From a virus, in IMG/VR virus record IMGVR_UViG_3300032753_001573, positions 1-64,000 of that record: a DNA stretch of 64,000 nucleotides. One strand, written 5' to 3'. Within the stretch, counting starts at the first letter, position 1. Every line of letters begins with the position of its first letter. This document shows, one piece after another, positions 39,829 through 49,906 of the stretch. Position numbers and translations under genes: made by a program. Below the pieces are notes generated by a model. The model was given only the letters and a program-made list of their open reading frames with translations. It ran no database searches and was not told where the DNA came from.

Positions 39829-40445
39829 AGGATTAACTGCGATGGTTCGAATTTGGTAGCAGAAAATGGATAATAGAAGAAATCTTGCGGTACATCATTG
39901 AATTGATGTTGTCCCATATGCTGTAAATCGTCCCAGTGTTTAAGCTTTGATCTAACATGGCTTATTCTTCGAGTAGTATGATTTAATACCATTGCCTTGA
40001 GTTTAGACGAGTGAGCATATATTGTAAAGAATAAACCTTTGCATCTCGTAGCTTTGGCAAACATGATATGTCGGTCAAAGAATCCTTGGTCGACGTATAC
40101 TATTCCGTTATATTTGCTGCGATATGCTTTGAGTATGTAATAGAACATATTTACTCTGAGAAACTTATTTCCTGCAGTGTCGTCGTACACCTTTGCCCCG
40201 CCCATGCTTACTACTTTACCATCCTCGAGCGCAACTTCTATGGCATCAAATCCTACATCAAACCATTTACGGTTTGAATACTTGTATGCATCCTCACTGT
40301 AATTGGTTATCCACCAATTGTGATTTTCTGTAACTGACAGTAATTCTGTGTCAATGCTTAGATCATCTCTGTAGATAGATTTTCTAAATTCAGCAAGGCG
40401 CTGGTCTGTTGGATCGTATATGGTGGTTAGCTCAAAATCTTGCAT
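39825..40445 (-). CDS. Putative GNAT-fold acyltransferase
   Basis: V.M.G, LR...FYYIL..YR, F.T pattern; weak. Confidence 0.4.
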   Translation of the reverse strand: MQDFELTTIYDPTDQRLAEFRKSIYRDDLSIDTELLSVTENHNWWITNYSEDAYKYSNRKWFDVGFDAIEVALEDGKVVSMGGAKVYDDTAGNKFLRVNMFYYILKAYRSKYNGIVYVDQGFFDRHIMFAKATRCKGLFFTIYAHSSKLKAMVLNHTTRRISHVRSKLKHWDDLQHMGQHQFNDVPQDFFYYPFSATKFEPSQLIL

Positions 40446-41068
40446 TATGATAATGATGCTACCATATCATCAAATCTCAGCATCGAATCCCAGGATACCG
40501 ACACTCGACGATAATTGTCTGGATGGCCAATTTCAGCTTCCCAGGCATTGTGCAGTGATGAAACTCTAAATATTATTGGACGATTGCCGCTAATTATTTC
40601 TGCTGGTGTGGTATCTAACGGACAGCTGTAACGTTTCTTATCTACCGGGTCGCCTAGAGCAACTCCTAGCTTTAGAGGTTTGATCTCTATTATCTGGTCG
40701 GGTGTTGGTTCAAAGAATGCGGTACCGGCATAGTCGCTATAATAGATCGGGAAGAACAGATTGCTGTCTACGCTTTCGTGATCGTGTGGCAGATTTAGGT
40801 ATGTGTGCCTGCCCTTGTATTCGAGAAATGTCATGCGCTTGTCTAGATTATATTTCGCTCTGAATTCTTCCATCTCTGGAAACAACGCACTGACCTCGTC
40901 AAACGTGCTGTCTCTTAAGAACAGTGCTTCTTTGACAGGCCTATATTTTGGTATCAATTTGATATGATCATAAACATTGCGCAGATAGTCTGACATCATT
41001 ACGATGTCTGGCACATGCTCTGTTGAATAGAAATATTTGCCGCTCTTGCCAGTTTTGTCCATGATCAT
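40445..41068 (-). CDS. Cupin/2OG-Fe(II) oxygenase-like protein
   Basis: PHDH...SNL.FPI; P.IFR....H.A; RR.S.S. Confidence 0.55.
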   Translation of the reverse strand: MIMDKTGKSGKYFYSTEHVPDIVMMSDYLRNVYDHIKLIPKYRPVKEALFLRDSTFDEVSALFPEMEEFRAKYNLDKRMTFLEYKGRHTYLNLPHDHESVDSNLFFPIYYSDYAGTAFFEPTPDQIIEIKPLKLGVALGDPVDKKRYSCPLDTTPAEIISGNRPIIFRVSSLHNAWEAEIGHPDNYRRVSVSWDSMLRFDDMVASLS

Positions 41069-41078
41069 TATATTCCTG

Positions 41079-41672
41079 TCAATCTACGTCTATGTAACCC
41101 ATATTATGTAAGATAACACAGGATTCTTCCCAGCTGGCCTCAGACATCTCCCACTTGATGATGGTACGAGTCTCACCTTTGGGCATGTTATTGAACCCCT
41201 TATGTATGATATCACTGCGGAACAAGCAAGGCATACCAGTGCTGGTGAGCATGGCTTCGGTATGGATCGGCTCTAGATCCTCGACGTTTTCTACTAGATA
41301 GCTGTCCTTGTAGAGATCATTCTTGAATCTAACTTCTGTCTTGCAAGTATACCAGGTGCTAGGACTGTGTGCTTCGCAGTTGAGGATGGGCCAGTTGATG
41401 CTGGCTGCTCCACCGCTACCAGGTGTACCTTGTATATGCGGGGGAAATTCTCTGGCAAGGCGGTTGGTATTGAGGACAAAGAAGTGTTCACGCAATGACG
41501 GTATCTGCTTGCGCAGTTCTACGGCAAAATCATAATGCGATACTTGGCATCTATAGTTAAGACCAAACTTGTAGGTATCGTCTCTGCGTCTTGCTTCTTT
41601 TTGTATATCATCCCACTGCTGGAAGCTTAGCAACGGCTTCTTAAAGTTTATGATGTATTTGTTTTCGAACAT
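41079..41672 (-). CDS. Cupin/2OG-Fe(II) oxygenase-like protein
   Basis: PPHIQG...SINWPI.N; P.LFR.D..H...N....R. Confidence 0.55.
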   Translation of the reverse strand: MFENKYIINFKKPLLSFQQWDDIQKEARRRDDTYKFGLNYRCQVSHYDFAVELRKQIPSLREHFFVLNTNRLAREFPPHIQGTPGSGGAASINWPILNCEAHSPSTWYTCKTEVRFKNDLYKDSYLVENVEDLEPIHTEAMLTSTGMPCLFRSDIIHKGFNNMPKGETRTIIKWEMSEASWEESCVILHNMGYIDVD

Positions 41673-41727
41673 TGCGATAGAACTTTCTGCTATGAATGTT
41701 ATATGATAACGGTTCGTCCAAAAACTA

Positions 41728-42450
41728 TCAATAAAGATGTTCTATGGGCGCTTGGCTATCTATGCTTATGATGAGATGATTTCGTGGAGTGCTGCCACCG
41801 TTTATCGCATAGTGTTTGACACCCGGATTTACAAACCACACTGACCCATCGGCGGGAATGTGATGCTTGACTTCATTACCATCCTTGTCCCAGCCACCGT
41901 TGAAGCATTCTTCGTTGGTATCAAAGGCGATATGAAGCCTAACTCCGTAAAGAGTGTCATAATCGATGTGTGGTTTGACTTCCGAATGAGGAGCAAGGTT
42001 AGCAAATCTAGCACGATGAGATCCAGGAAATGCTGCTAAAACCTCTCTTAGATATGGCGGAACATCTTGTTTAACTTTGCGAAACCAACGTTCGTCTGCT
42101 TCCGTTTTGCCTTTGGCTATCCTGTTGTCCCAGGCACTGCCCGATTTTTCAGTTCTTTTATCTAGGCTGAACGAGTTGTCGTACTCTGTTAGACTTAGCT
42201 GTTGATAACTGGTATGTTCCCAGTCGAGCTCGCAAACATGATTGATACCAGCAAGCTCCTCATCCTTGAAGAACATTGCAGGCAACTTGGTATGAGCTTC
42301 GCACATATCGGCATAATCGGAACCTAATCCGTCCCAGACTTTCCCTCTTTCAAACTGTGATAATTCTTCTCTAAGTCTATCGATGTTAAATCTGATATTA
42401 AGTGGAGCAATGACGGGTAACTCGTATCGTCTTTTCCATGTTGTAGACAT
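41728..42450 (-). CDS. Asp/Asn beta-hydroxylase-like 2OG-Fe(II) oxygenase
   Basis: R.RFA.L.P.....PHIDYD....R.HI, HIPADG.VWF.N.G..H...N.G...R.HL; GGAGG RBS. Confidence 0.85.
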   Translation of the reverse strand: MSTTWKRRYELPVIAPLNIRFNIDRLREELSQFERGKVWDGLGSDYADMCEAHTKLPAMFFKDEELAGINHVCELDWEHTSYQQLSLTEYDNSFSLDKRTEKSGSAWDNRIAKGKTEADERWFRKVKQDVPPYLREVLAAFPGSHRARFANLAPHSEVKPHIDYDTLYGVRLHIAFDTNEECFNGGWDKDGNEVKHHIPADGSVWFVNPGVKHYAINGGSTPRNHLIISIDSQAPIEHLY

Positions 42451-42543
42451 TTTAACCTCCAGTAAACTTCTTGTACACTATTTAAAGATCTGCTCCATAG
42501 ATGAGGTTTCAAATAAGATTTTTCCATAAGCTCAAATATGATA

Positions 42544-43293
42544 TTACTTGCTTAATATTCTAATAAAAAAATAAGAAATGTCAAATTGCCACCAGCGATC
42601 TCCACCAAAATTTGGACTTAGAGGTTTGTGATGGTGATTGTCGTGCCATCCTTCTCCCCACACCAAATATGCTAATGGTGCATTATTGCGGGCATCATAC
42701 TCGTGGCCATTGTCATTATTGCCATACATATGTGCAAATGTAACTATACTAGATCCTGCATTCCATAAAACGGCAGCCGGTACTAACCATGCATATATAA
42801 CTGCCATTGGATCTATCATATATAGAATTGCAGCATATACAAAGTTAATTAAGAAATAGTATTTATGCTGCCATTTCATAAATGGATCTCGTAGAAGATC
42901 TCCAACGTAACGTATGTTAACTTTTGAAAACATACTCAAATAGTGGGCATAAAACCAACCCTTATGCTTAGGACTATGTGGGTCTCTATCAGAATCTACG
43001 TATCTGTGATGTTCTCGATGAATAGCAACCCAAGGTATAGCTGCTCCCGTTAATCCTATGGTAGCACAAAGCGTACCTATGTATCTAAACCATTTTGGTG
43101 CTGGCCATGAATCATGACTAAGAAGTTTATGATATGTCATAGTCATTCCAATACATCCATTTAGGAAATATACAAATAATACTATGCACCATTGCCACCA
43201 ATGACCTACAACTATCAATACTAACACGCTGATATGTGCAATGATTTGTAGTGCTAATAGCAACCATTTGTCTGGTATATACTTAGAAAACAT
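42544..43293 (-). CDS. Membrane fatty-acid (delta-9-type) desaturase
   Basis: Three His boxes (HKLLSH, HREHH..D...DPHSP, GEGWH.NHH); transmembrane segments. Confidence 0.92.
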   Translation of the reverse strand: MFSKYIPDKWLLLALQIIAHISVLVLIVVGHWWQWCIVLFVYFLNGCIGMTMTYHKLLSHDSWPAPKWFRYIGTLCATIGLTGAAIPWVAIHREHHRYVDSDRDPHSPKHKGWFYAHYLSMFSKVNIRYVGDLLRDPFMKWQHKYYFLINFVYAAILYMIDPMAVIYAWLVPAAVLWNAGSSIVTFAHMYGNNDNGHEYDARNNAPLAYLVWGEGWHDNHHHKPLSPNFGGDRWWQFDISYFFIRILSK

Positions 43294-43409
43294 AATCTTA
43301 TCCTCGATATTAAATTATACAAAATGTTTTATCCAGATTCAACCTACCTAAGGTTTTAAAATTACCGGTTGTCATAAATATATTTGCACGTACAAAAGGA
43401 GATTTTACC

Positions 43410-44090
43410 ATGGCAACAAATTTACCAACCAATGGTTCAAGCAGCGCTGGTACACTAAGTAAATTTGGTGTTCCAATAACGTCTGGCGCTTCTCAAGGTT
43501 CTGGCATATTGATGCCAAAGTTGAAGTATCGTTATGCTGTTTACCTACAGAATTTTGGAGATGGGCAGGGTGTTACGCAACAGAACATAACACAACAGGT
43601 TGTGAGCTGCGGACGTCCTCAAGTCCAGTATAACAGGACTGAACTACACAGCTATAATAACGTGATGTTTATCCCACAGAAACCAGTATGGCAGACGCTT
43701 GAATTGGTTGTGCGCGATGATATTACTAGCGTTTCAACTCAGTCAGTTGGTGAGCAACTACAGAAGCAGATGAATTATTTCAATATGACTACTGGTATGG
43801 CTGGTATCAATTACAAGTTTACCATGCAGATACTCATGCTAGATGGTAATTATGGTGCAACTGATTCAACTAATGCAGCATTAGAAACATGGCATATAGA
43901 GGGTTGCTATCTAGAAACTGTAGCTTATGATAATAATGATTATAGTTCAAGCGACCCTGTACAGATAACACTAACTATAAGCTTTGATAACGCTACACAG
44001 GTTATTAATCCACCTTCTCAGAGCAGTACTGGTACTGACGATCCAGGTAATCTTGCTGGTGTGCTTGCTGGTGGTGATGGTTCTTATTAA
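43410..44090 (+). CDS. gp19: Tail tube protein (T4 gp19-like)
   Basis: LMPKL.YR..V, RP, W......RDD, YKF, E.W...GC, I.L.I..DNA; late promoter 43373-80. Confidence 0.85.
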   Translation: MATNLPTNGSSSAGTLSKFGVPITSGASQGSGILMPKLKYRYAVYLQNFGDGQGVTQQNITQQVVSCGRPQVQYNRTELHSYNNVMFIPQKPVWQTLELVVRDDITSVSTQSVGEQLQKQMNYFNMTTGMAGINYKFTMQILMLDGNYGATDSTNAALETWHIEGCYLETVAYDNNDYSSSDPVQITLTISFDNATQVINPPSQSSTGTDDPGNLAGVLAGGDGSY

Positions 44091-44138
44091 AATACCCAAG
44101 TTGGTAAGGCTCAATAATTTAATACCTAATGCATTGAC

Positions 44139-44170
44139 AAAAAGGCTGTTGGAAACAACAGCCTTTTTTT
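44139..44170 (+). terminator. Rho-independent terminator
   Basis: aaaaggctgtt-ggaa-acaacagcc followed by T-run. Confidence 0.75.
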
Positions 44171-44186
44171 ATGGATAAATATTATC

Positions 44187-45197
44187 ATGGCAACTACTAT
44201 TTTACGTAATGATCAATTAGCTAGTATATTCTACGGAGCCAATAATCCCGGCCAGCCAATGACTATGGTACCTAAGATTAGGTACATGTTCTATGTCAAC
44301 TTTGTATTAAATTCTGCAGCACCTAGCATGGATAGTGGTTTTCTTAGTAAATTGGGCAAAGCAGGTACAGTTGGTAACATAAGCTTTAAAGTTAAGACCA
44401 TAGATAAACCAAAAGTTGATCCTACTGTTGTTGAACTAAATCAGTATAATCGTAAACGTTTAGTATATTCAAAGGTTGAATATATGCCATTTACTGTCAA
44501 ATTGCATGAAACTGTTGATAGTGCTGTAGTTAAGCTTTGGAAAGATTACTTTACATATTATTTTGGAGATTCTAGACCTAAAACAGCAAATGACCTTAGT
44601 TCTATTGGATCTAGTCCAGCTGGATCATCTTTTAATGACTCGTCGGGGTGGGGACTTAGACCAATAGCAGAAGATACAAATTTCTTTACTAGGATAGAAT
44701 TGTATTCGCTGTTTGGTACTCAATATCAGAAAACTGCATATTTAAATCCTCGTATTACTAATATTGATTTTGAACAATATGATTCAAGTTCATCTGATCC
44801 AGAAGAAGTAAGCATTACATTTAAATACGAGGCTATAGAATATAATGCTGTAGCTCAAGTATCTAATTCGTCAGCAGATGGAGTAGACTTTGGATTTGAC
44901 CAAGACGGTAACACATTAAATGTTCCTGCTACTCTTGCAGGTGCACAAACCGCACAGAGTCCAGGCGATCCTCCTGCTTTATATCCTTCTCCATTAGTTG
45001 GATTAAGTACAGGTTCAACTAGCCAATCTGCAGTTATAGCTCCTAGTACTAAATCATTAGTTGTGAATGCACCGCCCGGTTATGCATTGGGATTTACAAG
45101 TTCAGGTGTAGTCAACAGTACTATGTCTAATCCTACAAACAATAATTCAACTTCAGTAACGACTGCCGCAGGACTTTTAAATTTTGGAACTCAATGA
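44187..45197 (+). CDS. Tail tube-like/baseplate tube initiator (gp54/gp48-like)
   Basis: P...Y...V.F, VK..D.P, NQYNRKR......Y.P, NP.I, YE. Confidence 0.65.
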   Translation: MATTILRNDQLASIFYGANNPGQPMTMVPKIRYMFYVNFVLNSAAPSMDSGFLSKLGKAGTVGNISFKVKTIDKPKVDPTVVELNQYNRKRLVYSKVEYMPFTVKLHETVDSAVVKLWKDYFTYYFGDSRPKTANDLSSIGSSPAGSSFNDSSGWGLRPIAEDTNFFTRIELYSLFGTQYQKTAYLNPRITNIDFEQYDSSSSDPEEVSITFKYEAIEYNAVAQVSNSSADGVDFGFDQDGNTLNVPATLAGAQTAQSPGDPPALYPSPLVGLSTGSTSQSAVIAPSTKSLVVNAPPGYALGFTSSGVVNSTMSNPTNNNSTSVTTAAGLLNFGTQ

Positions 45198-45206
45198 GAT
45201 ATAGCA

Positions 45207-45833
45207 ATGGCAACTGATTTAACATTACTAAACATTCAACAACAGATTGCATTAAACAACGGCTCTATTAGCATTGTGAATTCTGGTGGCAGTTATCAGT
45301 TTGTTGACACTGCTACTGGCAAATCCTTAACAAACGCACCTTCAGTAGGTAATTACCTTTTAAGTAATCCAACTGCGGTTTATCAAACCGGATTGCGTGC
45401 AGACGTTTATAATTATGCGTTGGGTGTGTTTGGTGGTAAAACTGTACCAAATGAAGTTGTTGATACTCTTGCAGCTATGGCATCTTATTATAATGCACAG
45501 ACAGGTCAGTCAGTTACATCTTTGTTTAATAATGGTATATTGCTTGACCAGTTTCTTGCTACGATAAACAACATAAGAGGTAATACTAGCCAAATTGGAT
45601 ATGCAGGATTAAATCTATCGCCAAAATGGACAAATAATCCGGTTCTTAGGGCTAGTATAGCTAAAGCTATAGAACCCTGGGATGCAACAGGAACTTATGC
45701 TCAGCGCAGTCAATACAATACAGAATCTTCTGGATTTACCTACTATGCTAGCGACACTGATGTTGTGTATGTGATGACAGAAACTGGTACGTGGGAAGTT
45801 TATCCAATAACAGAACCTATATGGCCTGCATAA
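45207..45833 (+). CDS. Hypothetical virion protein
   Basis: In tail operon; N..R..TSQIGY motif. Confidence 0.5.
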   Translation: MATDLTLLNIQQQIALNNGSISIVNSGGSYQFVDTATGKSLTNAPSVGNYLLSNPTAVYQTGLRADVYNYALGVFGGKTVPNEVVDTLAAMASYYNAQTGQSVTSLFNNGILLDQFLATINNIRGNTSQIGYAGLNLSPKWTNNPVLRASIAKAIEPWDATGTYAQRSQYNTESSGFTYYASDTDVVYVMTETGTWEVYPITEPIWPA

Positions 45834-45889
45834 GGCGATCGATATGACTGGACCATTTCCGCCACCTGTTTAAAATATGAGATTGATAT

Positions 45890-46330
45890 ATGCCAAAATA
45901 TAGTCAGGAATACTTTGTACCAAAGAATCCGCATAAGCTGATAGGTAATGCTAAACCTTTTTATCGCAGTGGGTGGGAACTTGCATTTATGACATTCTTA
46001 GACAATCATCCCAGCGTAATACAATGGGCCAGTGAAAGTATCAAGATACCTTATACAAATCCTCTCACAGGCAAGCGTAGTCAATATGTGCCAGACTTCC
46101 TTGTGTTATATCAAGACAAGAACGGCAGACAGAAAGCAGAATTAGTTGAAGTTAAACCAAAAAAAGAAGCTATGATTGAGAATGCTAAGAGCAAGCGAGA
46201 CAAAGCTGCCTTGATACTCAACACGGCTAAATGGGCGGCTGCAATGGAATTTTGCAAGAAGAACGGATTAGAGTTTAGAATTATCAATGAGGATCATTTG
46301 TTTCAACAATCAGGTAAGAAGAAAAGATGA
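45890..46330 (+). CDS. gp4: Head completion protein (T4 gp4-like, TnsA-like nuclease fold)
   Basis: YRS.WE..FM..LD......WASE...IPY, Y.PDF, E.KP, N.AKW.AA. Confidence 0.9.
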   Translation: MPKYSQEYFVPKNPHKLIGNAKPFYRSGWELAFMTFLDNHPSVIQWASESIKIPYTNPLTGKRSQYVPDFLVLYQDKNGRQKAELVEVKPKKEAMIENAKSKRDKAALILNTAKWAAAMEFCKKNGLEFRIINEDHLFQQSGKKKR

Positions 46331-46818
46331 GTAATAGCAAAAGATTTAAGAACCTAGAAGAAACCTTTGACTTACCTAGCATAGACGAAGACGATGACGA
46401 TTCTATGTCAGAAGAAGTACCTAGCATAGAAGACGTTGGTACAGCTCTAGAGCAAGCTAAGAATCTAGAAAAACAATTCCGCAAGATGGATCACTATGAT
46501 ACTCATGATAAGGAAATGGATGAGTTAGCTACGCTTGCCATACAGGCACATAAAGATCTGCAGGATCTTGGTATGAATGTTGAAATAAGGCATGCCGGTG
46601 AAATTTTTAGTAGCAGTAGCCAAATGTTGAAGATAGCTGTAGATGCAAAGAACAACAAAGTAGAAAAGAAATTAAAACTTCTCAAGTTGCAGCTAGATAA
46701 GATGAAAATAGATCTAGCACACAAGAAGGAAGATGACAGCGTAGATGGTACTGCTGTTAAATTAGACCGCAATGAATTGTTAAAACAGCTGAAACAAATC
46801 AATGAAGATGATAAATAA
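46327..46818 (+). CDS. Putative terminase small subunit
   Basis: Helical 163-aa protein (L..LGMNVE.R.AG..F, DRN.LL) near gp17; inferred from size and position. Confidence 0.45.
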   Translation: MSNSKRFKNLEETFDLPSIDEDDDDSMSEEVPSIEDVGTALEQAKNLEKQFRKMDHYDTHDKEMDELATLAIQAHKDLQDLGMNVEIRHAGEIFSSSSQMLKIAVDAKNNKVEKKLKLLKLQLDKMKIDLAHKKEDDSVDGTAVKLDRNELLKQLKQINEDDK

Positions 46819-46844
46819 CTCTGCATTGGAGTTGAAATCATACC

Positions 46845-47642
46845 ATGAAATCACTTAAAAACTACATAGCTGAATCAACCAAGGTACATGTCTATCACAT
46901 CAAGTTAGCCATAGAACCAAGTAGTGCGCAGGTCAATGCGGTAGAGTCGTTGCTGCGTGCATACCAACTGGTTGATTTTGGCAAATCAACACGCATACAA
47001 GATGACAAATTTGACTTCTTTGATATAACCAGCAAAGACGTTCATTGCATTAGAATAGTAACTGGTACTCCTCTTAGTAGCTATATGATACAGCAACAGT
47101 TGAGAGATGTTCTCAATATACCTGAGAAGTATATCGTTGTTCGTGCGGTAAACGAGCCAATCGAGTTGGAAGCAGAGGAACAGCGGTTCAAACAGCTAGC
47201 AGCAGATGAAGCTAAGGAAAAAGGCTTCACATTTGCTAGTATGTTGGATACTGATAGAATACATCAGCCAGATGAGAATCCAACACTTACTAATGTATTT
47301 GGCAACGAGTATAACAAGAATCTATTAGCAAACTTAGCCAATATAAAGGCTGATCGCAAGAGCATGGAAGTTGAACCTCACATGTCGCTATTCAGTTGGA
47401 TAGACATGAAGAAAGTTAAGCCTCATGAGCCTATACAGGATGCGTCAGATTTTAACGCACATATAGATACACCTAAGCCAACTTCCGGCAAGAATAATAC
47501 CGCTGCTGCTATAGATAATCAGTTCCTTGGAACAGAAGGAAACTTTGATGATGGTGCAGCAAAGAATATTGTAAGATACAATGACAAAGGCACAAGAAGG
47601 ACAACAATAGCTCCGCGTGCAAACAAAAAATTAAAGGGGTAA
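46845..47642 (+). CDS. Hypothetical head protein with capsid-targeting-like N-terminus
   Basis: MKSLKNYIAES resembles the T4 internal-protein targeting sequence; late promoter 46810-17. Confidence 0.55.
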   Translation: MKSLKNYIAESTKVHVYHIKLAIEPSSAQVNAVESLLRAYQLVDFGKSTRIQDDKFDFFDITSKDVHCIRIVTGTPLSSYMIQQQLRDVLNIPEKYIVVRAVNEPIELEAEEQRFKQLAADEAKEKGFTFASMLDTDRIHQPDENPTLTNVFGNEYNKNLLANLANIKADRKSMEVEPHMSLFSWIDMKKVKPHEPIQDASDFNAHIDTPKPTSGKNNTAAAIDNQFLGTEGNFDDGAAKNIVRYNDKGTRRTTIAPRANKKLKG

Positions 47643-47646
47643 GATT

Positions 47647-48675
47647 ATGGACATCGAAGAAATCCTAAAGAAGTTTCGCGCGCTAGCTGAATCAGAAGAT
47701 GAGTGCAATATGACAGCTGAAGGCACATATTGCCCTGTTCATGGTATGGAAGAGTGCTCTATGATGCGCGAAGCTGATGGTGATGAAGGCGACACTGATG
47801 CGGTAGATGCAACATCGACTGCTGATGATGATAGCGAAACGCCTGCTTCCGAACCATTTGATAGCGGCGACGACGCAAGATTTGATAAGACTGATCAGGC
47901 TGAAAATGAAGACGAAGCCGACATTAAAGCTAAGGATGATGAATATTACGATGCTATCAAAGCTGGTAATGTTCCTGAGGACGTAGTAGAACCAGATCGT
48001 TTTATGCGTTATTATGAGAAGAAGTATGGCGTTAGAGAAACCGTAGAAGTAAGTGAAGATGTACACATTACATTAAATGGTCCAGAAGCAGACGCATTTA
48101 TTCATAGATTGAGTGTTCTAGCTGGACAAGCTGAAGATAACGGCCAATGGTCTCAGGCTACAGAAGTATGCCCAGACTGCGGAATGCCAGAAGACCAGTG
48201 TGCATGTGATCACGACGATCACGGCGAATCCTGCCCACATTGCGGAACTCCAATGGATCAGTGCAATTGTGACGGTTCACACGAGGCAACTTTTGGACCA
48301 GATGGCGTTACTATGGAAAATGCCGATCATGATTTTGGAAGTCAAGAACACTCTGACAGTGGAGAGCCAGTTGATCTCGACACTTACATGTATAAGGCAC
48401 CTGATGGTCCGCAGCGTTTAGTCAAGAGTGTTATGGGCGATAATCCGCTAATCAAAGAAGATTCAGAAAAACTCTTTGCCAAGTTAAAGGGCGATTATAG
48501 GACTTATGTAGCAGAAGCTGAGTTAGCTGCTAGCAATGCTCCTGGTGCCAATAGTCCTTTGACTGCTACAGACAGGGACGACTTTGAGAAAGACCCATTT
48601 GCAGACGAAGAGCCAGTTACGGACGGAAGCCGTAGTCCGCTCAGCATTATAAAGAGGCAGAGCGTAGCAAAATAA
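47647..48675 (+). CDS. Acidic hypothetical head protein with Cys/His motifs
   Basis: CN.T..G..CPVHG..EC; two CP.CG.P.DQC.CD repeats; many (L/M/V/I)xE sites. Confidence 0.55.
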   Translation: MDIEEILKKFRALAESEDECNMTAEGTYCPVHGMEECSMMREADGDEGDTDAVDATSTADDDSETPASEPFDSGDDARFDKTDQAENEDEADIKAKDDEYYDAIKAGNVPEDVVEPDRFMRYYEKKYGVRETVEVSEDVHITLNGPEADAFIHRLSVLAGQAEDNGQWSQATEVCPDCGMPEDQCACDHDDHGESCPHCGTPMDQCNCDGSHEATFGPDGVTMENADHDFGSQEHSDSGEPVDLDTYMYKAPDGPQRLVKSVMGDNPLIKEDSEKLFAKLKGDYRTYVAEAELAASNAPGANSPLTATDRDDFEKDPFADEEPVTDGSRSPLSIIKRQSVAK

Positions 48676-48683
48676 ACGATGGA

Positions 48684-48938
48684 GTGAAAACTTTGTTGCT
48701 GAACAAATTGCAGTTAGTTACGATTGATATATTTTATTATCGACCCGATTACACAAACATTGTTCAAGAATTTCTCTGGCAAGTAGAAGACACAATACCA
48801 GAGTTTAGACGCACTCATAAATTTCTGAATCACTGGCATAAGAATATTGATGCAGTGATTCAGGAAGTGCAGATATGTGTAAATGAACGCAAATACGGCA
48901 CATATCGATCAGTTGATCAGTTTTTGCAGATAAATTAA
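48684..48938 (+). CDS. Usg-like protein
   Basis: T..I.Y..PD.....Q.F.WQ..D..P.F.....FL..W...ID..I..V. Confidence 0.75.
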   Translation: MKTLLLNKLQLVTIDIFYYRPDYTNIVQEFLWQVEDTIPEFRRTHKFLNHWHKNIDAVIQEVQICVNERKYGTYRSVDQFLQIN

Positions 48939-49856
<918 letters not shown>

Positions 49857-49906
49857 ATATATTCAAAATAAATAGGTATTGATAAATTTAATAGAGAGTA
49901 TGTTGT

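Noticed and set aside
45844-45873. Tiny ORF MTGPFPPPV
   Set aside because: Too short, with no clear RBS or other support
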